A stretch of DNA of 64,000 bases from Amoebidium appalachense. Its lineage: Eukaryota > Protista > Ichthyosporea. Under the pieces are notes generated by a model, which saw only the letters and a list, made by a program, of their open reading frames with translations, searched no databases and had not been told where the DNA came from. This document shows, in pieces, positions 31,325 to 54,291 of this stretch. The translations under genes were made by a program, and so were the position numbers. The stretch lies in contig CAVNZM010000002.1 in the NCBI GenBank assembly GCA_963693365.1, positions 8,157,059 through 8,221,058 on the forward strand, read 5' to 3'. Numbering within the stretch: position 1 is the stretch's first letter; each line of letters opens with the position of its first letter.

Positions 31325-32257
31325 CTACTTTCGCACTCGCACTGGTGCCATCCTCTCCATGCGCTTCGCCGACTGGCACCCTTCCCAGTGCGCGCTATGT
31401 ATAGCATCTGGGGTATCCGGCACCCTCTTCTCCACCGTGTGGAAGGCAGCCTCGATGGTTGCAAGCATTTCCTTTTCAAACTTGTCTACTTCCTCATCGT
31501 ACCGGGCCGTGCGTGTGTCGGGTTGCTGGGGCACGGACTGGATGCGCGCCAGATTCGACCCATTGCCGGCAACAATCATCTTGCGCACAGTGGGCACACT
31601 TTGCGTCATGGAGGCCGGCCTAGGCCTGTGTGTGTCATTGTTGCTCGTGTAGATGGTGATGTCGGCGGGGCGGTTGAAGTTTGCAGGCCTGTTGGTGATG
31701 GCAGGCCGGCTCGCACCCATGTGACCACCCGACATCTGCCTCATGAAGGCCGTGGCAAGGCGGGCAATACCGGACGGCCGCTTGGGGTGCTGCTGGACCA
31801 CGTTAATGGTGCTGCTCACGGCCTCGTAGAGACTCTCGCGTGACTTGGAAATGGCCGTAGCAAGGGACGGGTCAGAGCCGGTAGGGGACTTGTGCTTGCG
31901 GGGGGTGACGCCGTCGGAATTAATCTTAACTGTGGCCTCGGACATGGAGACAGACGCGTCGGCAGAGGGCTGGTGCTTCTTTGCACCTTGGGTGAACACA
32001 CGGAGACTCTCGGTGCGGTTCGGCGTGCTGCCGCTCATGTGTGAGTACTCGCTGTCTGTGGAGCCGTGTGAGCGAATTCGCTCAGCTGCAAGGTCTGAAT
32101 CTGACACGTACTTGGCTGGGTCCCCCTTCTTGGCTGTTGCGCGCAGCTCCGCGCCGCTGCCGAAAATGGACTCGAATCTCTGCACCAGCGAGGCCACAGA
32201 GCTCGTCTTGCGGCCAGCAGCCGTGGTGCCGGTGATAGTGGATCTGGTGTCTCTCAT
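31325..32257 (-). CDS. Single-exon Ser/Thr/Ala-rich hypothetical protein (~310 aa)
   Basis: Long ORF in non-repetitive, GC3-rich sequence with ATG at 32257 (MRDTRST...). No domain recognised. Confidence 0.65.
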   Translation of the reverse strand: MRDTRSTITGTTAAGRKTSSVASLVQRFESIFGSGAELRATAKKGDPAKYVSDSDLAAERIRSHGSTDSEYSHMSGSTPNRTESLRVFTQGAKKHQPSADASVSMSEATVKINSDGVTPRKHKSPTGSDPSLATAISKSRESLYEAVSSTINVVQQHPKRPSGIARLATAFMRQMSGGHMGASRPAITNRPANFNRPADITIYTSNNDTHRPRPASMTQSVPTVRKMIVAGNGSNLARIQSVPQQPDTRTARYDEEVDKFEKEMLATIEAAFHTVEKRVPDTPDAIHSAHWEGCQSAKRMERMAPVRVRK

Positions 32258-32539
32258 TTTGCTGATAGTGTTGAGGTGTTGTGGTGGTGTGGGGGTGATA
32301 GAGCTGGTGATAGTAGATAGATTCTTAGATTCACTGATGAAGCACACGCCGCAGAGAGCTAAGAGCTATGTTCAAGCCACTATGAAAGGGTTTAAGTGCG
32401 ATTGGTACTGTCGCCTAAGTGCATATACACAACCGCGGTGTTTTGATTTTCTTTGAAGGTGGTGAAACGAAAAGTGAGTTGCGAGAGAAGCCGTTGCGAG
32501 AGGTCATTCGCCCGCGGTAGAGCCAAGGCTGTTGGACTT

Positions 32540-32645
32540 CTAGCTGAACCAATCAAAATGCAAATCAGAAATTTGTGCGAACATTTCTGATTGGTGACAT
32601 AATCCATGTGCTGTTGCATCGGATTTATGAAGCCAATCAATACAG
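32540..32645. promoter_or_regulatory. CCAAT-box cluster upstream of the 31325-32257 gene
   Basis: ccaatc at ~32549 and ~32633 and gattgg at ~32589, about 300-400 bp upstream of the ATG. Confidence 0.35.
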
Positions 32646-35600
32646 CGGCATCAACTTTTTCAAGGAGGGCAAATCTGTTGGCTTTTCAAGCTCTCTGGGT
32701 GTGAGGAGCCCGGCTGTTGTTGCTAATTTGATGTAATATAGTGTAAATTTGTTGGTAATTTTAGTATTAATGTACGCAATATATGATTTTGTACTTTGTC
32801 TTCTGTAGTTATAACTTGACGAAGTGAATGAAGCATTCGAATTTCGAAAGCTCAGGGCTTGGCCGTAAGATGCCAACGGAGAAAACAATACCTGACTTAA
32901 AACCAATTAAATATCGTAAGCCAATTTAGGTAGCCCAATCGTGACAGGCTACATTGTTAGGTTTCGAGCGGCAAAATAACACTCACAACATGCATAACAC
33001 AAAGAGCTGAATGAATTCTCCCAGATTTCAATGTTAAAAAAAAACTCTTGCGCTCTCTACAAAAAGTATTGTCATGTAAGCGCGTAAAATTATGAGTTTC
33101 GTCTGATGATAAACAGGCGTCGACGTCAAAGGGATCTGTGGAGTGAGCCGCATAATTATTTCATAATTATTAGATCAAGCATCAGCACTGTTCTGGTGCT
33201 CTGTGGACACTAACAAATGAAATATTTCTCTTCATATATATTTGGTACAAAGGAAATAACTAGCCCCTTAATTCTGATGCCTTAGAAGACGCGCTGCATT
33301 TGTAACAATATATATATGGTGCAATATGGCTGCCGCTGACGTATGCAAGTGCCTCGGCCTTGGCAGCTGAGGCAGCCAGGGCTCGAGTCTTTCCGTGGCA
33401 GTCTTGCGCGCAATTGCAAGTTTCCGTTTTGTTTGTATCGATAGCACCGTGTGCTCGATCGCTGATTGGCTTAGGTTTAAAGCCTGGGCTTTAAAACCAT
33501 ATATAGCCTTTTATGCTTGAATTGGATTGGAGAGGCGGGTAAAATGGCGCGACATCGAGGCTCACACCGCCTCACCGTCCTCCTACAGGCGTAGTGGGCC
33601 TAGTGGCACCATTAACTGAACCCGTTTGCTGAAGTTCGCACACACAAACACTCCGGACACACACTTATTATGCAGTTCTTATAGACCTTTCTTTATGCAT
33701 TTTGTCAAAAATCTTCTTGCTCTTTTTTCTCTTATAGACCTTTCTTTATGCATTTTGTCAAAAAATCTTCTTGCTCTTTTTTCTAGAACACAGATTCATG
33801 CACTTCTATAGCTCACGGGTGTGGCACAAGATTATTCGAGTTCTAAACATCTGAGGCCCGTCCGTGGGGGCCTCCAAGTCGGCTGGAAAAGTTAACCTCG
33901 GAGCCCAGCGTGAGAAATGAGGAACATGAGCTATTAAACAGGTGCGTGTGTATGAGAATACGCATTTTTTATGGAGGGTTGAGGTTAGGTTGACAGAAAG
34001 GAGGAAGGGATGGGTAGGTGGGTAGGTGGGTTGCCGGAGGAGGGGGGGGGGGGGGGGGAGGGGGGAGAGGGTGCAGCGGAGTTCTGGAAAGGCAGTAAGG
34101 ACTATTTGAAAGGTCGTGGTTGTGAAGCATGGAGATGGTGCTGGAAGCTAAGAAGGAGCCAGGGAAGGGGGAAGTTGAGGGGAAAGGGAAACTTGAAACG
34201 TATTTGTTTGAAGTTGAGTTGCTGGGAGTTTCCATGGGGGAGACGAAGGAAGGTAGATCTGATGTTTGTTGATTCTGATGTGCACTTCAGAAAAATGGAT
34301 GGTGCATGTACATGCTTGAGGATGCTGTTTGTTCTGTATGTTAGCTAAGGCCACATGAGGGTGCAATCCCCCCCCCCCCCCCTCCCCCCTCTCCCCCTGG
34401 ATCCCCCTCTCCCGGCCGCCTTTTTTCCGCTCCCGCTCTCCTCCCTCCCCCTTTCCCAACCACTCCCGGTGTGTTTCGCTGAAGGAAAGTGAAATGGATT
34501 GTGCGCGCACTTATCGTGTGTAAAGGCGGTCCAATATTATGGAATGGGCTTGGGGGGAGGGAGGGGTTGCAGGGGAGAGTGGCGAAAAGGCCTTGTGTCA
34601 CTTTGTGATTGTGTGTCGGGGGGCAGGTGGGGAAACGAGGGGTGAAGGGGCGTGGTTTGGGGGAGGAGGTGTGGTATGGGAAGACAGAGGCGGGGAATCA
34701 GAGAAAGAGAAGGGGAAGGAAGGGTTTGAGGGGGGGGGGGGGGGGGAGGAGGGGAGAGGGAGAGAGAGAGAGCTGGAGGAGCGGGGAGTGTTGCAAGGCA
34801 ATTACAACGAACCTACTCTGTGGTTGCTAGCTGGTTGTCCTTTTTCTGTGTGCTCTAATCAAAGGCATTTTTTCCACACATGTTATTTACCCCATGTCAT
34901 TGTATGTGGGAGCTGAGTTTTTTTTTATTGGGGGGGGGGGGGGGGGGGGGAGGGGGGGGGGGGCACCGGGGGAGGGTGACAGTGGAAGCAAAAGGGGGGG
35001 GGGGGGGGGAGGGGAGGGATGGGGACAGGGGGAAGGAGGAGAGGGAGGCGGGGATAAAAAGCTTGGATGTGTTGGCATATTTGCCCTGGGGTGTATAAGA
35101 TGTTTTGTTTGTGTTCTTGGGGGCATGTCAGTAAGTACAGGGACAGAGGCAGGAAGAGAAAGGACAACGTGATATGGGGAATGGGGCAATGACAGTGGGT
35201 GGGTGGGCGTCTTTTTTTTGGGGGGGGGGGAGGGGGGGGGGGTTGACTTTCACTAAGCAATACGCCAAGTACGTGGTTTCCATCTCGCACTTTTTCCCGT
35301 CCCCTCATGAACCCCCAAAGAAGGAGAGAAGAAGACCGAAGGGAGGGGTAGGGGGCAGATAGGGATTAGGGGGCAGGAAAAGCTGACAGGACCTTGGAGC
35401 TTTGGAGGGAATCACAAACTAGCCAGCCCAGGGGAAAAGGGGGGGGGGGGGGGGATGAAAGTTTCCGCCTCCGCCCTCCCCCCCCCCCCCCCCCCCCCCC
35501 CCAACACCCCCTCCTTTCCCCACCCTTTTCCACCTACCGATCTTCCTCTCCCCCCCCCCTCCCCCCAAACACACACTTTCAAATCCAACACTATTTGAGA

Positions 35601-35681
35601 AGAAGGATACCCGGCAAAAACAGTGTCACCTGCCTAATCTCTGATCCCCCCCCCATAAAAATTTCAGGCAGCGACGTTGAC

Positions 35682-36358
35682 AATGGAGCCTTTGAGTGAC
35701 CTCGACACGGTGCAAATTGCGCTGCAAAAACTGGAGGGGTTTAGGGGGGTCTCTGGTATTTACTTTGGACGAACTGCAGTCGGCGTTGGCCGGGGCGGAG
35801 GAAAGCATTCGGAGAGCAAACAAGGAGAGAGAGGAGCTGAGGAGAGAGAGGGAGACACTGGAGAATGACAGGTGGGTGTTTTCCGGTGGTTTTGGATTCG
35901 GTTTTTGGATTTGTTGAAAAATTCTCCCTTATAACGCTATTGGTGTGGACAAAGGCTGGGGCAGTGCAGGTCGGAGTAGAGGAGGTGGGTGTGGGGTTGT
36001 GTGTGTGCGTTTTTTTTTTTTTTTTTTTTGGGGGGGGGGGGGGGTGTTTGGAGAGGGGGGAGTGTTTTTGTCTGCGTGTGTGTACGTGGGGGGGGGGGGG
36101 GGGGTAGGGGCGGACAAGAATCCGTGACGAGGATCGGAGTTGTAGACTAACACGTGTGGGCACGCACACATACAAACACACACGTACACACATACGATAA
36201 ACAAGCACACACTCACACATACAGATACATAGCGTGCGGGCGCACACCCACACACGCACAACACACAGATACACACCCACACACGCACAATAATCACACC
36301 CGTGCTTACGACACGGGCTTACTGCTTCCCTTTTCTCCTCCCCCTTCATTTGCTTTCG

Positions 36359-36394
<36 letters not shown>

Positions 36395-36730
36395 TCTCTG
36401 CTTAGTAAGAAAGCTCTTCATCTGTACTTTGCACTCTGCATTGTGTTGTCCATTATGCCTTGTCGGTTAGGGATTGTGTACTTCGTACTCTATAACACAT
36501 TCTACCCCCCCCCTCCTCCGCCCCCACTCCTCCCCTCCCTCCCCTCCCCTCCCCCTCTTTCCTCAACCACCACCACCACCACTCAATGTGCTCCGTTCTG
36601 TGCTCCCCCCCCCCCCCCCCCCCCCCCTTTCCTCCCCCCCCTTCCCCCCCCCCCCCCCCCCCCCCAACACACGCACACACACACACAAACTCATACACAC
36701 ACACCTCCCCCCTCCCTCCCCTCTCAACTC

Positions 36731-36776
<46 letters not shown>

Positions 36777-36794
36777 TCCCTTCCTCCCCTCCCC

Positions 36795-36830
<36 letters not shown>

Positions 36831-36898
36831 GGCCTTGTGACGTCGTGAAAATGACCCTCCCACCTATCACAATTACACATTGGCCGGGCGGGCTGGAA

Positions 36899-36942
<44 letters not shown>

Positions 36943-37873
36943 CTCAACACAGCAACGCAGACATACGTGGGCACAACAATACCAATGAAGCACGTGCCTA
37001 CGCAAGCACATACATTTATATATAGACATAATGACACCATATATCTCGCATACAGATACGACACCATATATCTCGCATACAGATACAACACAACCATGGC
37101 ATACACCCACATACATATACTACACCAGTATATACCCACGTACAGACAAATACAGACACATAGGGCCGAATAATAGTCACAACGCCGGGTCCGGGTCCGG
37201 CTGCATTCCGATCTCCTTCCATTTCCGTCAATCCGATCAAGCTCTTTTTTGAGAGTAGGGCAACAGAAATTGGTTTCAGCGCAAAATCATGGCGTGCACA
37301 AGCGGTAACTTTTTTATGCTATATAATATGTATTTCTTGCACATAAACAGCCAAATATAAACAAATATAACATATACTATGATTTTTTTTTTATAAAAAA
37401 TTTTGTGTTCCTTCTTAAATTTGTGTTCCTTCTTTTTATTAAAAATAACATGGTAAATATTTGGTTATTGAATGTTTTTTGTGTTCCTTCTGACTGCGAC
37501 AGCGTCGCTGCTTCAAGGTAAATGTGTTTGTATTTCTCTGGCTCAAACGCTCAGGTGGACCCGGTTCAGCGCCGTTGATCGATTGATTGGACGCAAGCAA
37601 GAATCGGATTATCCAAAGTCATATGAATCGATTGGATTTGCAATTCCACTTTAAAGATTTTAAGCCGTTTGATTGGATCCGAAATTCCAGTTTAAAATTT
37701 TACTAATATTTTTTTTCGGTTGTGACTAGTTGGCCAGATGTAACACCACCGTAAGGCCTTTTACGTAAACCAGCTACACCACCCACATGCAAAGAGATAC
37801 AAAGCATCCAACACCCCACGAATGGTTCATATATGGGAATTCTGTTGCTGGTCGTGCACACACTTGCAGATAT

Positions 37874-37926
<53 letters not shown>

Positions 37927-39657
37927 TGTGTGTGCACACACACGCACACCCGCCCACGGACATACACGTTCACATGTGCACACACACAAGCACACACACC
38001 AACAGGTCCATACGGGCACAGCCACATACACACATGCACTATACACACTGGTACGCGCGTGCACACACACACACTCACTCACTCACTCACTCACTCACTC
38101 ACTCACTCATGCACATGTGCAAACCCACACACACATGCACGTGCGCACACGCACTCGCACTCGCACACAACCATGCACATGCATCCAGACAAACACACGT
38201 ACAGACACAATACATTCCGCCCCCATCACATTCTACGCTCACATGTTTTCCCTGGTGTGGGCCAGTCTTCACTAACCCCCTTCCTACACTTCCTTAACCC
38301 GCAGAATACGATTCGAGCGGGAATGTACGTTCGTTTCAGCAAACAACGAACAAACACACGACACCGTGAGCCTATTGGTTAGCGGAAAACAATTCACCAC
38401 CACCCGAAAAACACTGTGTGCATTTCCAGACTCCATGCTAGCCGCAATGTTCAGTGGGAGGCACCAACTCAACACCGATAAGGAGGGGCGGGTGGTGCTA
38501 GATCGCGATCCCAAGAAATTCAAGTTTGTGCTCGATTATTGTAAGCGCAGCCAGGAGGGTTTACCCCCGTGGTTTCCAAACAATGAGACGGAAAGGGTCG
38601 GTCTGAGGGAGGAATTTGATTTTTTTTGCCTTCCGTGGCCCCACGACACGAAATGGCTGGTGGATGGATTATTGGCACAGAGCGAACAAAAACCCACGTT
38701 TGTCGCTGGGGCGGTAGGGGTGACATGTGTTGACGCGAATGAATTTTTCGTGGTGACGGGCGGGACGGATAGACTTGTGCGCGTTTTTGATGCGGAGAAA
38801 GTTACGCAAATGCATGTTTTGTCGGGGCACACAAACCATGTTTTTTGCGTGGCGCTGTGTGAGAATCGCGCGGTAAGCGGATCGCGAGATCGCACGGTGC
38901 GTATGTGGGATGTATTGGAGGGGAAACCTTTGACGCAAATTTCATACGACCCCCCCGTGTGGGCGTTGGGGTTCAGTGGGTCTATGGTGGTGTGCGGGAC
39001 GCGGAACAGTCCGCAACTTTCCGTATGGGAATACACGTGCACGCTTACGGAACAGGGGGAGAGTTATGTCGCGCGAGAGCTGCCGCCATTTGGAGATGTT
39101 GACACACCGTCCGGACGGTTGAGCGTGCGGGATAGCGCCATCGCGATCCAAACCCTGTATGATAAAATGGTGAGAGTGTGTGATTTGGGAGAGAAGAGAC
39201 AAACGTGGGTATACACAGGGCACACAAAACGGATGGACAAACTGTTTCTGACACAGTACAGCGTGGTCGGGGCGTCAAAAACGGTTGATTCGTGGGTGGA
39301 GGCTACGGTATGGGATCGGTTGTCGGGGGCGATTGTGCAAAGGCGGAACGTGCACACGCCTGTCAACCCTTTGTCGGTGAGCGAGCACGTGTTGTTCTAG
39401 AGCACGTGTTGTTCTACACTGATTTGTCCAACAGGCTTGTGCTGTTGGATGTCGATAAGGGATTGGCGGTTAACCTGTCGTGGGTGGCGAAGTTTTCAAA
39501 CAGTTCGCACGGGTTGGCTTTTAACAGTAAAAGTTTGATTACTGTTATGGCGGATAAGACACTGTTGATTTGGAAGGGGAATCAGTGGAGCAGGAGGAGG
39601 CATGGAAAGAGCGAGAAGGTGATTATGAGTGCAGGGGTGTTGCATACCCGACCGTGA
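35682..39657 (+). pseudogene. Coiled-coil + KCTD-type BTB/POZ + WD40 protein, two frame lesions
   Basis: Exon 1 35682-35871 (MEPLSDLDTVQIALQKLEGFRG / SLVFTLDELQSALAGAEESIRRANKEREELRRERETLENDR|gt) has a frameshift at the G6 run ~35744. Exon 2 starts at 38305 (phase 2 fits) and encodes BTB (VSGKQFTTTRKTLCAFPDSMLAAMFSGR...LDRDPKKFKFVLDY) and WD40 (LSGHTNHVFCV...SGSRDRTVRMWD). A 17-bp tandem duplication at ~39383-39416 creates a TAG, and the coding frame resumes to 39657. Confidence 0.75.
36436..36504 (+). mobile_element. Family A-related 3'-end remnant in + orientation, followed by poly-C
   Basis: ctgcattgtgttgtcc...tgtgtacttcgtactctataacacattcta-(C)n is the reverse complement of the family end motif. 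Confidence 0.65.
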
Positions 39658-40303
39658 AAGAGTTAAATGACTGATGTTAGGGTGATTATGAGTGCAGAAG
39701 TGCGGCAAACTTTAATGGCTGGTATTGTATGGTTTGGTGTTGACGAAGGGATCGAATGGCATGCTTAAAGTTGTAGACTAGATGTATTTAAAACCCACGA
39801 ATGATGGTTGGTTATACTATTGGTTTATTTTTCTCTTTATTTGTATAGAATGTATACTATGAAGCTCCTGCTGCATGAATATAACCCAAATTCTTGTATA
39901 TTTAGGTGACGCTGACATGAATACATACTAGTGAAATTGTACTGCACGCAGGCTTTGTGACAAATAGACCCCCCCCCCCCCCCCCCCTCCCCCCCTCCAC
40001 CCACATGTGTTACACGCAGATGCATGCACACACAAGTACCCATACGAGCACAGACACTCACGCGTGCACATGCACACAGCCACGAGTAGACATGTGTGCC
40101 CACAGGTTTGACGAAAAACACAACCTCGGCACCCACCACCACGCCCGTGGTTCACATCAGACTCAAAATGCCGCATTGTAATGAGTGGTAGAGGTCGCAG
40201 TCAACCATTCAATGATGTCACCTCCCCTTCCCCCCCGTTCCCACCGGCTAAAAAAACACAAACACGTGCACGCACACACACACGCAAACACAAACGCGCG
40301 CGA

Positions 40304-40351
<48 letters not shown>

Positions 40352-41239
40352 ACCTTTCCTCCCCAGGTCTGCGCCAGAGAGTAAGTTGACTCACACCTTC
40401 CACGACTAGTTTTATGAGCCATGTGTGTGTGTGTGTTTGTGTGCGTGCGTGCGCGCGTCTGTGTGTAGTATGTGTGTGCGCGCGCGTTTGATAAACTCTG
40501 TGTTGCGTGTCTTTGTGTGAGTGTCATAATATGTAGATACGGTGTGTGTGTGTGTTTGTGTGTGTGAGTGTGTGTGTGTGGCACCATATCACTGGAGGGT
40601 GTTATTTGTGCAACCATAGATTAGGGCTTTCCCAATTTGGTGCCACCACCACCACCACTGCTGTGCGTTTAAGGCAGGTTTGTATGTTTCCATATTTATT
40701 TTAACGTTTTGTCGTCACAGAGGCATGTATGTACGACATGCTTTGCTGTGCTTACATTCATAACACACACGTTAATGTACATTTACGAGTGTGCTAGACC
40801 TTGCCCTGTGTGTGTGTGTGTGTGCGTGTGTGTGTGTGTGTGTGTGTGCATGGCAAGCTGAAACATAACCGCCGGGTCCAACACTCGATGATCAACTCGA
40901 ATGATATTTTGAGATTTATGAATTTCCCGTATAATTCGGGTATTATTTGATTCTTCGGACAGACATGGCTGTGGCGGGCGCAGGTAAAACGGAGTGAAAT
41001 ATGCAGCAATGGTTAAGGATTTAATCTGTGTATACTTTTCGGACAGACATGGCTGTGGCGGGCGCAGGTAAAACGGAGTGAAATATGCAGCAATGGTTAA
41101 GGATTTAATCTGTGTATACTTACAAATAGTTTGGAAGATTGTAACCAAAATATCACACGGTTTGATCTATACATCAAAAAAAAAAAAAACCATCGTGGTG
41201 GTGGTTGGGGCAGAGGGAGGTAGAATTGGGCTGGAAGAG

Positions 41240-49961
<8,722 letters not shown>

Positions 49962-51661
49962 CTTTCACCCCGGAGAGCTGAAAAACTCGCATACAAGCGC
50001 GGGCTACGGTTCATGCACACTGAAGGAAAAGAAAAGGATCTCTTTTCCGAACGTCAACGTGGAATGTGGGTAGGCAGGGGATTGAAAAGCAGGTAACTTT
50101 CCACCCAAAGGCAAATCTCATCACACGCTGACGCTTGTACAGGTTAAATTTCTGAAACAAGAAACTGTACACCGTGACGACGAGTCGACACGTTATCTTA
50201 AGCCGATGTATTACGTACAATTAACACGAGCAGTACACGTCAGCTACGCCGAGCCGCACCTGTGCACAATCCGAAAGAGGCTGGGCAGACACAGCGCGCG
50301 TGTGTGTGCTTGCGTCATACTCCCGTGCGGTTAAAATCCACGTGTACGCTCGCATTTACACGTGTAGAAGCACTGACGCCTATCAGAACTCCACCCGTGG
50401 CTTAGGGAAAGGTGCGATTTCTTTTTTCGTTTTTTTTCCTGTGTGAAGTTAGGTGGCGGCGTCTCCCGGGCGAACGGACGTGGCACGGTTACGTAATCAT
50501 GTGTGGAGAACGTCCGCCAATCAGAAACAGAATAAGTATTAGCCAATGAAATGGAAGTGGATTCGAATTCGAAAAAAATGTGTTTACCATCTGTTTTACA
50601 TCTTACATCTATGGCAATCTACTCAGCTCTTTACAAAATATGATAATCAGGTTAACTTAGCAAGGCGTTCTCTATTGCTTATATTAGTAGCGCATATATA
50701 TCCCGTCTCGCCTTGCTGTTTGCCTGTGCTGTGTTTATTCCCAGCCGGCTTTTTCTTTGACTAGGCGGCGCCGGAATGCGCTAAGAACACTGCATGGTCT
50801 ATAGCCAATAGTAATCCTCTACAGATTACAGATTTGCCCGGCTCTACGTACAGGGCGGAAACTTCCATAGGTAGATTATAAACCGGTTTTGCAAGACAGC
50901 CCCATGCATATTGTCGCACAAGATAAAAATGCCGCAAGAAAAAAAACAACATCTGTTTTGGATATCTGCGTCATTTTCTACTACATGTTAGGTCTTGTAA
51001 GTTGTCACACCGATTATCACCTTCCAAATCTAAGGAATTCGAACAACAACACATGATGTGCATAGGCTTACCTACCTCCTTTTTACACGTACGAAGGGAA
51101 GGGTTACAAAAATGGGCCTGACACCACATATAGACATTATTCCTGTTTATGTCGTGCTTGGCCTTTTCCGAGTATGTTTTATTAGTACCGTGCTGGCGGC
51201 CCGTGACAGTGGGTACAACAATAGCTTTATTTGGGTTCCATAAGCAGTCGATGATTGGCCAACTTATAATAGGCTGAGCCTTGTGCTCAGCCTCTTATCT
51301 CCCATTTCTTCATTGGCGAAGCATCACGTGTCGTGATCACCATGCTGATGCTATATACCCAGGCTCCAGTAAGTCCAGTTCAACTTTCGTCATTTGCACA
51401 CAGTCCACTTGAAGCTGACACAGTGTGATGAAGTGAAACAAGACCCCAACAATACAAGAGCTTCACTATTTATAACCATTGGGAATTACCCAACATTTAT
51501 TTTTTCATCTGGCATACGTACAACTACATCTTGGTGGAAATCGAGGTCATAAAAGGCAAACAAACTGAAAGAAAGTTTCCTCACAACCATCCAGCCACAC
51601 AACCAGAGTACCAAACAATACATGTTTAGTTGGTCTTTCGTATGCCAATTTGAGTGCAAAG

Positions 51662-52194
51662 ATGTTGGAAACGGCGGACAGTGTGGCGTCCATGCCTCCC
51701 CCAATGGCACCAGAAAATGTCATTGTGACTGCAAGGAAAAGACACAGTATATCTAAGGAAGTCCCGAGCCCGCCCAAAACAGACGCCCACCACAAACCCC
51801 AGCGGAGGGAGATCGGATTTTCAAAGTCGCCTGGGGCCTCCTTCGGTGCCTGCTTATGTCGTATCAACAGGGGAGTTTACATAACTTTCATTGTAAGGTA
51901 TTATCCCCATACATATCAATATTGGCTTCTGAAAACTCTGCCACAAAAATCCCGTATCACACACCAAGGGCCATTGTGACCAAGTCATACTAATAGTTCC
52001 GTGGCGCGCTGTGCCCGCAGATACAAAATGCTTTGCAAGTGAACCGGACAATGCATTAGAACACAAAATTTATGCACGTAATGTGTAATCTACGAAGCTG
52101 GGGTTGATCAGAAGAGGAATGGTGTGGGGCTGCACAAAGCCTTGGGCTAATCGACCGTGTGGGTGGGTGTTGTAGTGCACGTGGGTGGCCGGGG

Positions 52195-52238
<44 letters not shown>

Positions 52239-52992
52239 GTGCGAAGTGGGATGGAATGGATTTTTGGGGAATTGAAGTTGATTGGTCCCTCTCTACTCTT
52301 ATTCCAAGCTTCCGTCCCTTTGCATTTGGCGTGCACAGCATTAGCCTTTCTTGTATGTGGTCGGTCTCAATGAATCGTTTCTTTGTATCGCCTAAAGACT
52401 GACCCGTTTTCTCTCTCACCACAGGGGGTCTATTGCCTGGTCCTTGGGTCTTCAGGCAGGGGACCGTATCGATGCCATAGACGACATTTTCGTCTACGAA
52501 GGAAACGTCTCTGCCTCCGAAGTTCTCGTTCTCCTACGGACAGGCTCGACCATGCGAATAACCGTGTGCGAACTACCACTTGCAACAGCGTACGTTTTGC
52601 GTAAAAATTACGGCATGGCTGACCTTGGGCTAGTCTACCACAATAGGCAAATCGTCGACTTTAACCCTAAATCGGCAATGGCAGCAGCTGGGGTATCGCG
52701 TGGGGAGAGTGTTGTTGCTGTGGATGATTTTACAACGCTGGGAAAAACGGACCAGGAAATAAGAATGATTATCGAGTCAAATTTGAACTCTAGGGGGAGG
52801 GTCGCGCTCCTGTGTATGCCCCCGAGGTTTGTGGCTGAATTGGGGGTGCAATGGGACAGATACCATCCCATATATCACACGTCCACTTTTTGCACGGATG
52901 AGGTGGTGATGAGAGTGGGGGGGGATTATGAAAGTTTGTCTGATATGCGCGTGTTGAATAGGCTGGCGGGTACAGGGATTTCGAGCGAATAG
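51662..52992 (+). CDS. Syntenin-like tandem-PDZ protein (2 exons)
   Basis: Exon 51662-51897 (QRREIGFSKSPGASFGACLCRINRGVYITFIV) joins via a phase-2 GT-AG intron (51898-52424) to GSIAWSLGLQAGDRIDAID... and a second PDZ (LRKNYGMADLGLVYHNRQIVDFNPKSAMAAAGV...VVAVDD...RVALLCMP). This resembles the syntenin PDZ1-PDZ2 layout. Confidence 0.75.
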
Positions 52993-53403
52993 TGCGATGC
53001 AAAGAAGACATTTTTGGAGGTGGTGTATAGTTAATACTTCTGCGTGCATGTGCTTGCGATTATGTATAGGAATTAAGAGGGCATAAATTGCCCTTGTAGC
53101 ACAATGTCATGATGGCGTGCATGGTTTGTCGTATGAAGAGTTTTACCGAAGACAAATAGAAATATGGAATGTTGGTAATGCCCGGTATTTGATTTTACGT
53201 ACTGCTTTTATCTGTACAGTTACTGTTGGAGTTCAAATATCCGTTCTGAATGATTACAATAAATACAGGAATACTAAAAATATGCCTTGGAATTTGTGCA
53301 TACTCAACTTGAAATTTGTGCATACTCAACCGTGATGGGATGAATAAATTGAGTCAAATATTGAATTGCGCTGTGGCGATGAGCCCCCCCCTCCCCCCCC
53401 CCT

Positions 53404-53434
53404 TGTGTACTTCGTACTTTTTGACGCATTCAAA
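53404..53434 (+). mobile_element. ~30-bp 3'-terminal stub of subfamily B between two poly-C tracts
   Basis: ttgtgtacttcgtactttttgacgcattcaaa(C)n is the reverse complement of the start of the 18242 copy. Confidence 0.7.
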
Positions 53435-54201
53435 CCCCCCCCCCCCCCCCAAAAAAAAAAAAAAAATCGAATTGAGACTCTAAAACAAAACAAAAAATAA
53501 TACAATTATGGTCAAATGGGGGCGGAGAGGAGGGGAAGGGCTTGATGTTTCCAAAGTAGACGGCAAAAAAAATAAACGTTTCATACACAAGTTGAGCAGC
53601 AATGCTACCAACTACCGTGTGCACCGTAGGCGTATGACTACAAAGGTTCTGCACCGGTAAATTATAAAAGCACCGTGATAGTGCATGCCTGTGCTTTGTC
53701 CTGTTCTTACACCCTGGCCTGCCCATCCCTTATTGATTAAACCTCCCTCCCCCCCCCCCCCCCCCCCCCCTTCCCTGCCCCCCCTGGCCCGCCATCCCCT
53801 CTCCCCTTGCCTTCAACCCCCTCCTCTTCCAACCCCAAGCACCCCCTCCCCCTCCCCCCTCCCCCCCACCCCACCACTGACACCACCATCGGTACCAGCA
53901 CCTTCCATGTACCCACCCACGGACCCACCCCAACCTTCAGTCATGTTAATCCCTCACCTAATTAGCCCATTTTAGACAAAGCGACTAAATTGCAACGAGT
54001 CGGGTCAGTGGATTGCTGTATTCTAGGACCCCACACAGTAGTAGGCGGGACTCATGCATCGCTAAAACATTCCACTCCATGGCTCATTTTAAAGGTGTGT
54101 AGAAGCCTTTTGGGCACAGGTTGCCGTGCGTGTGTCCATGCATGTGCTACGGTCGGTGCGGGTGAGTCTGCACATGCGCCTAAATTGCTTAGGTGCACTC
54201 A

Positions 54202-54291
<90 letters not shown>

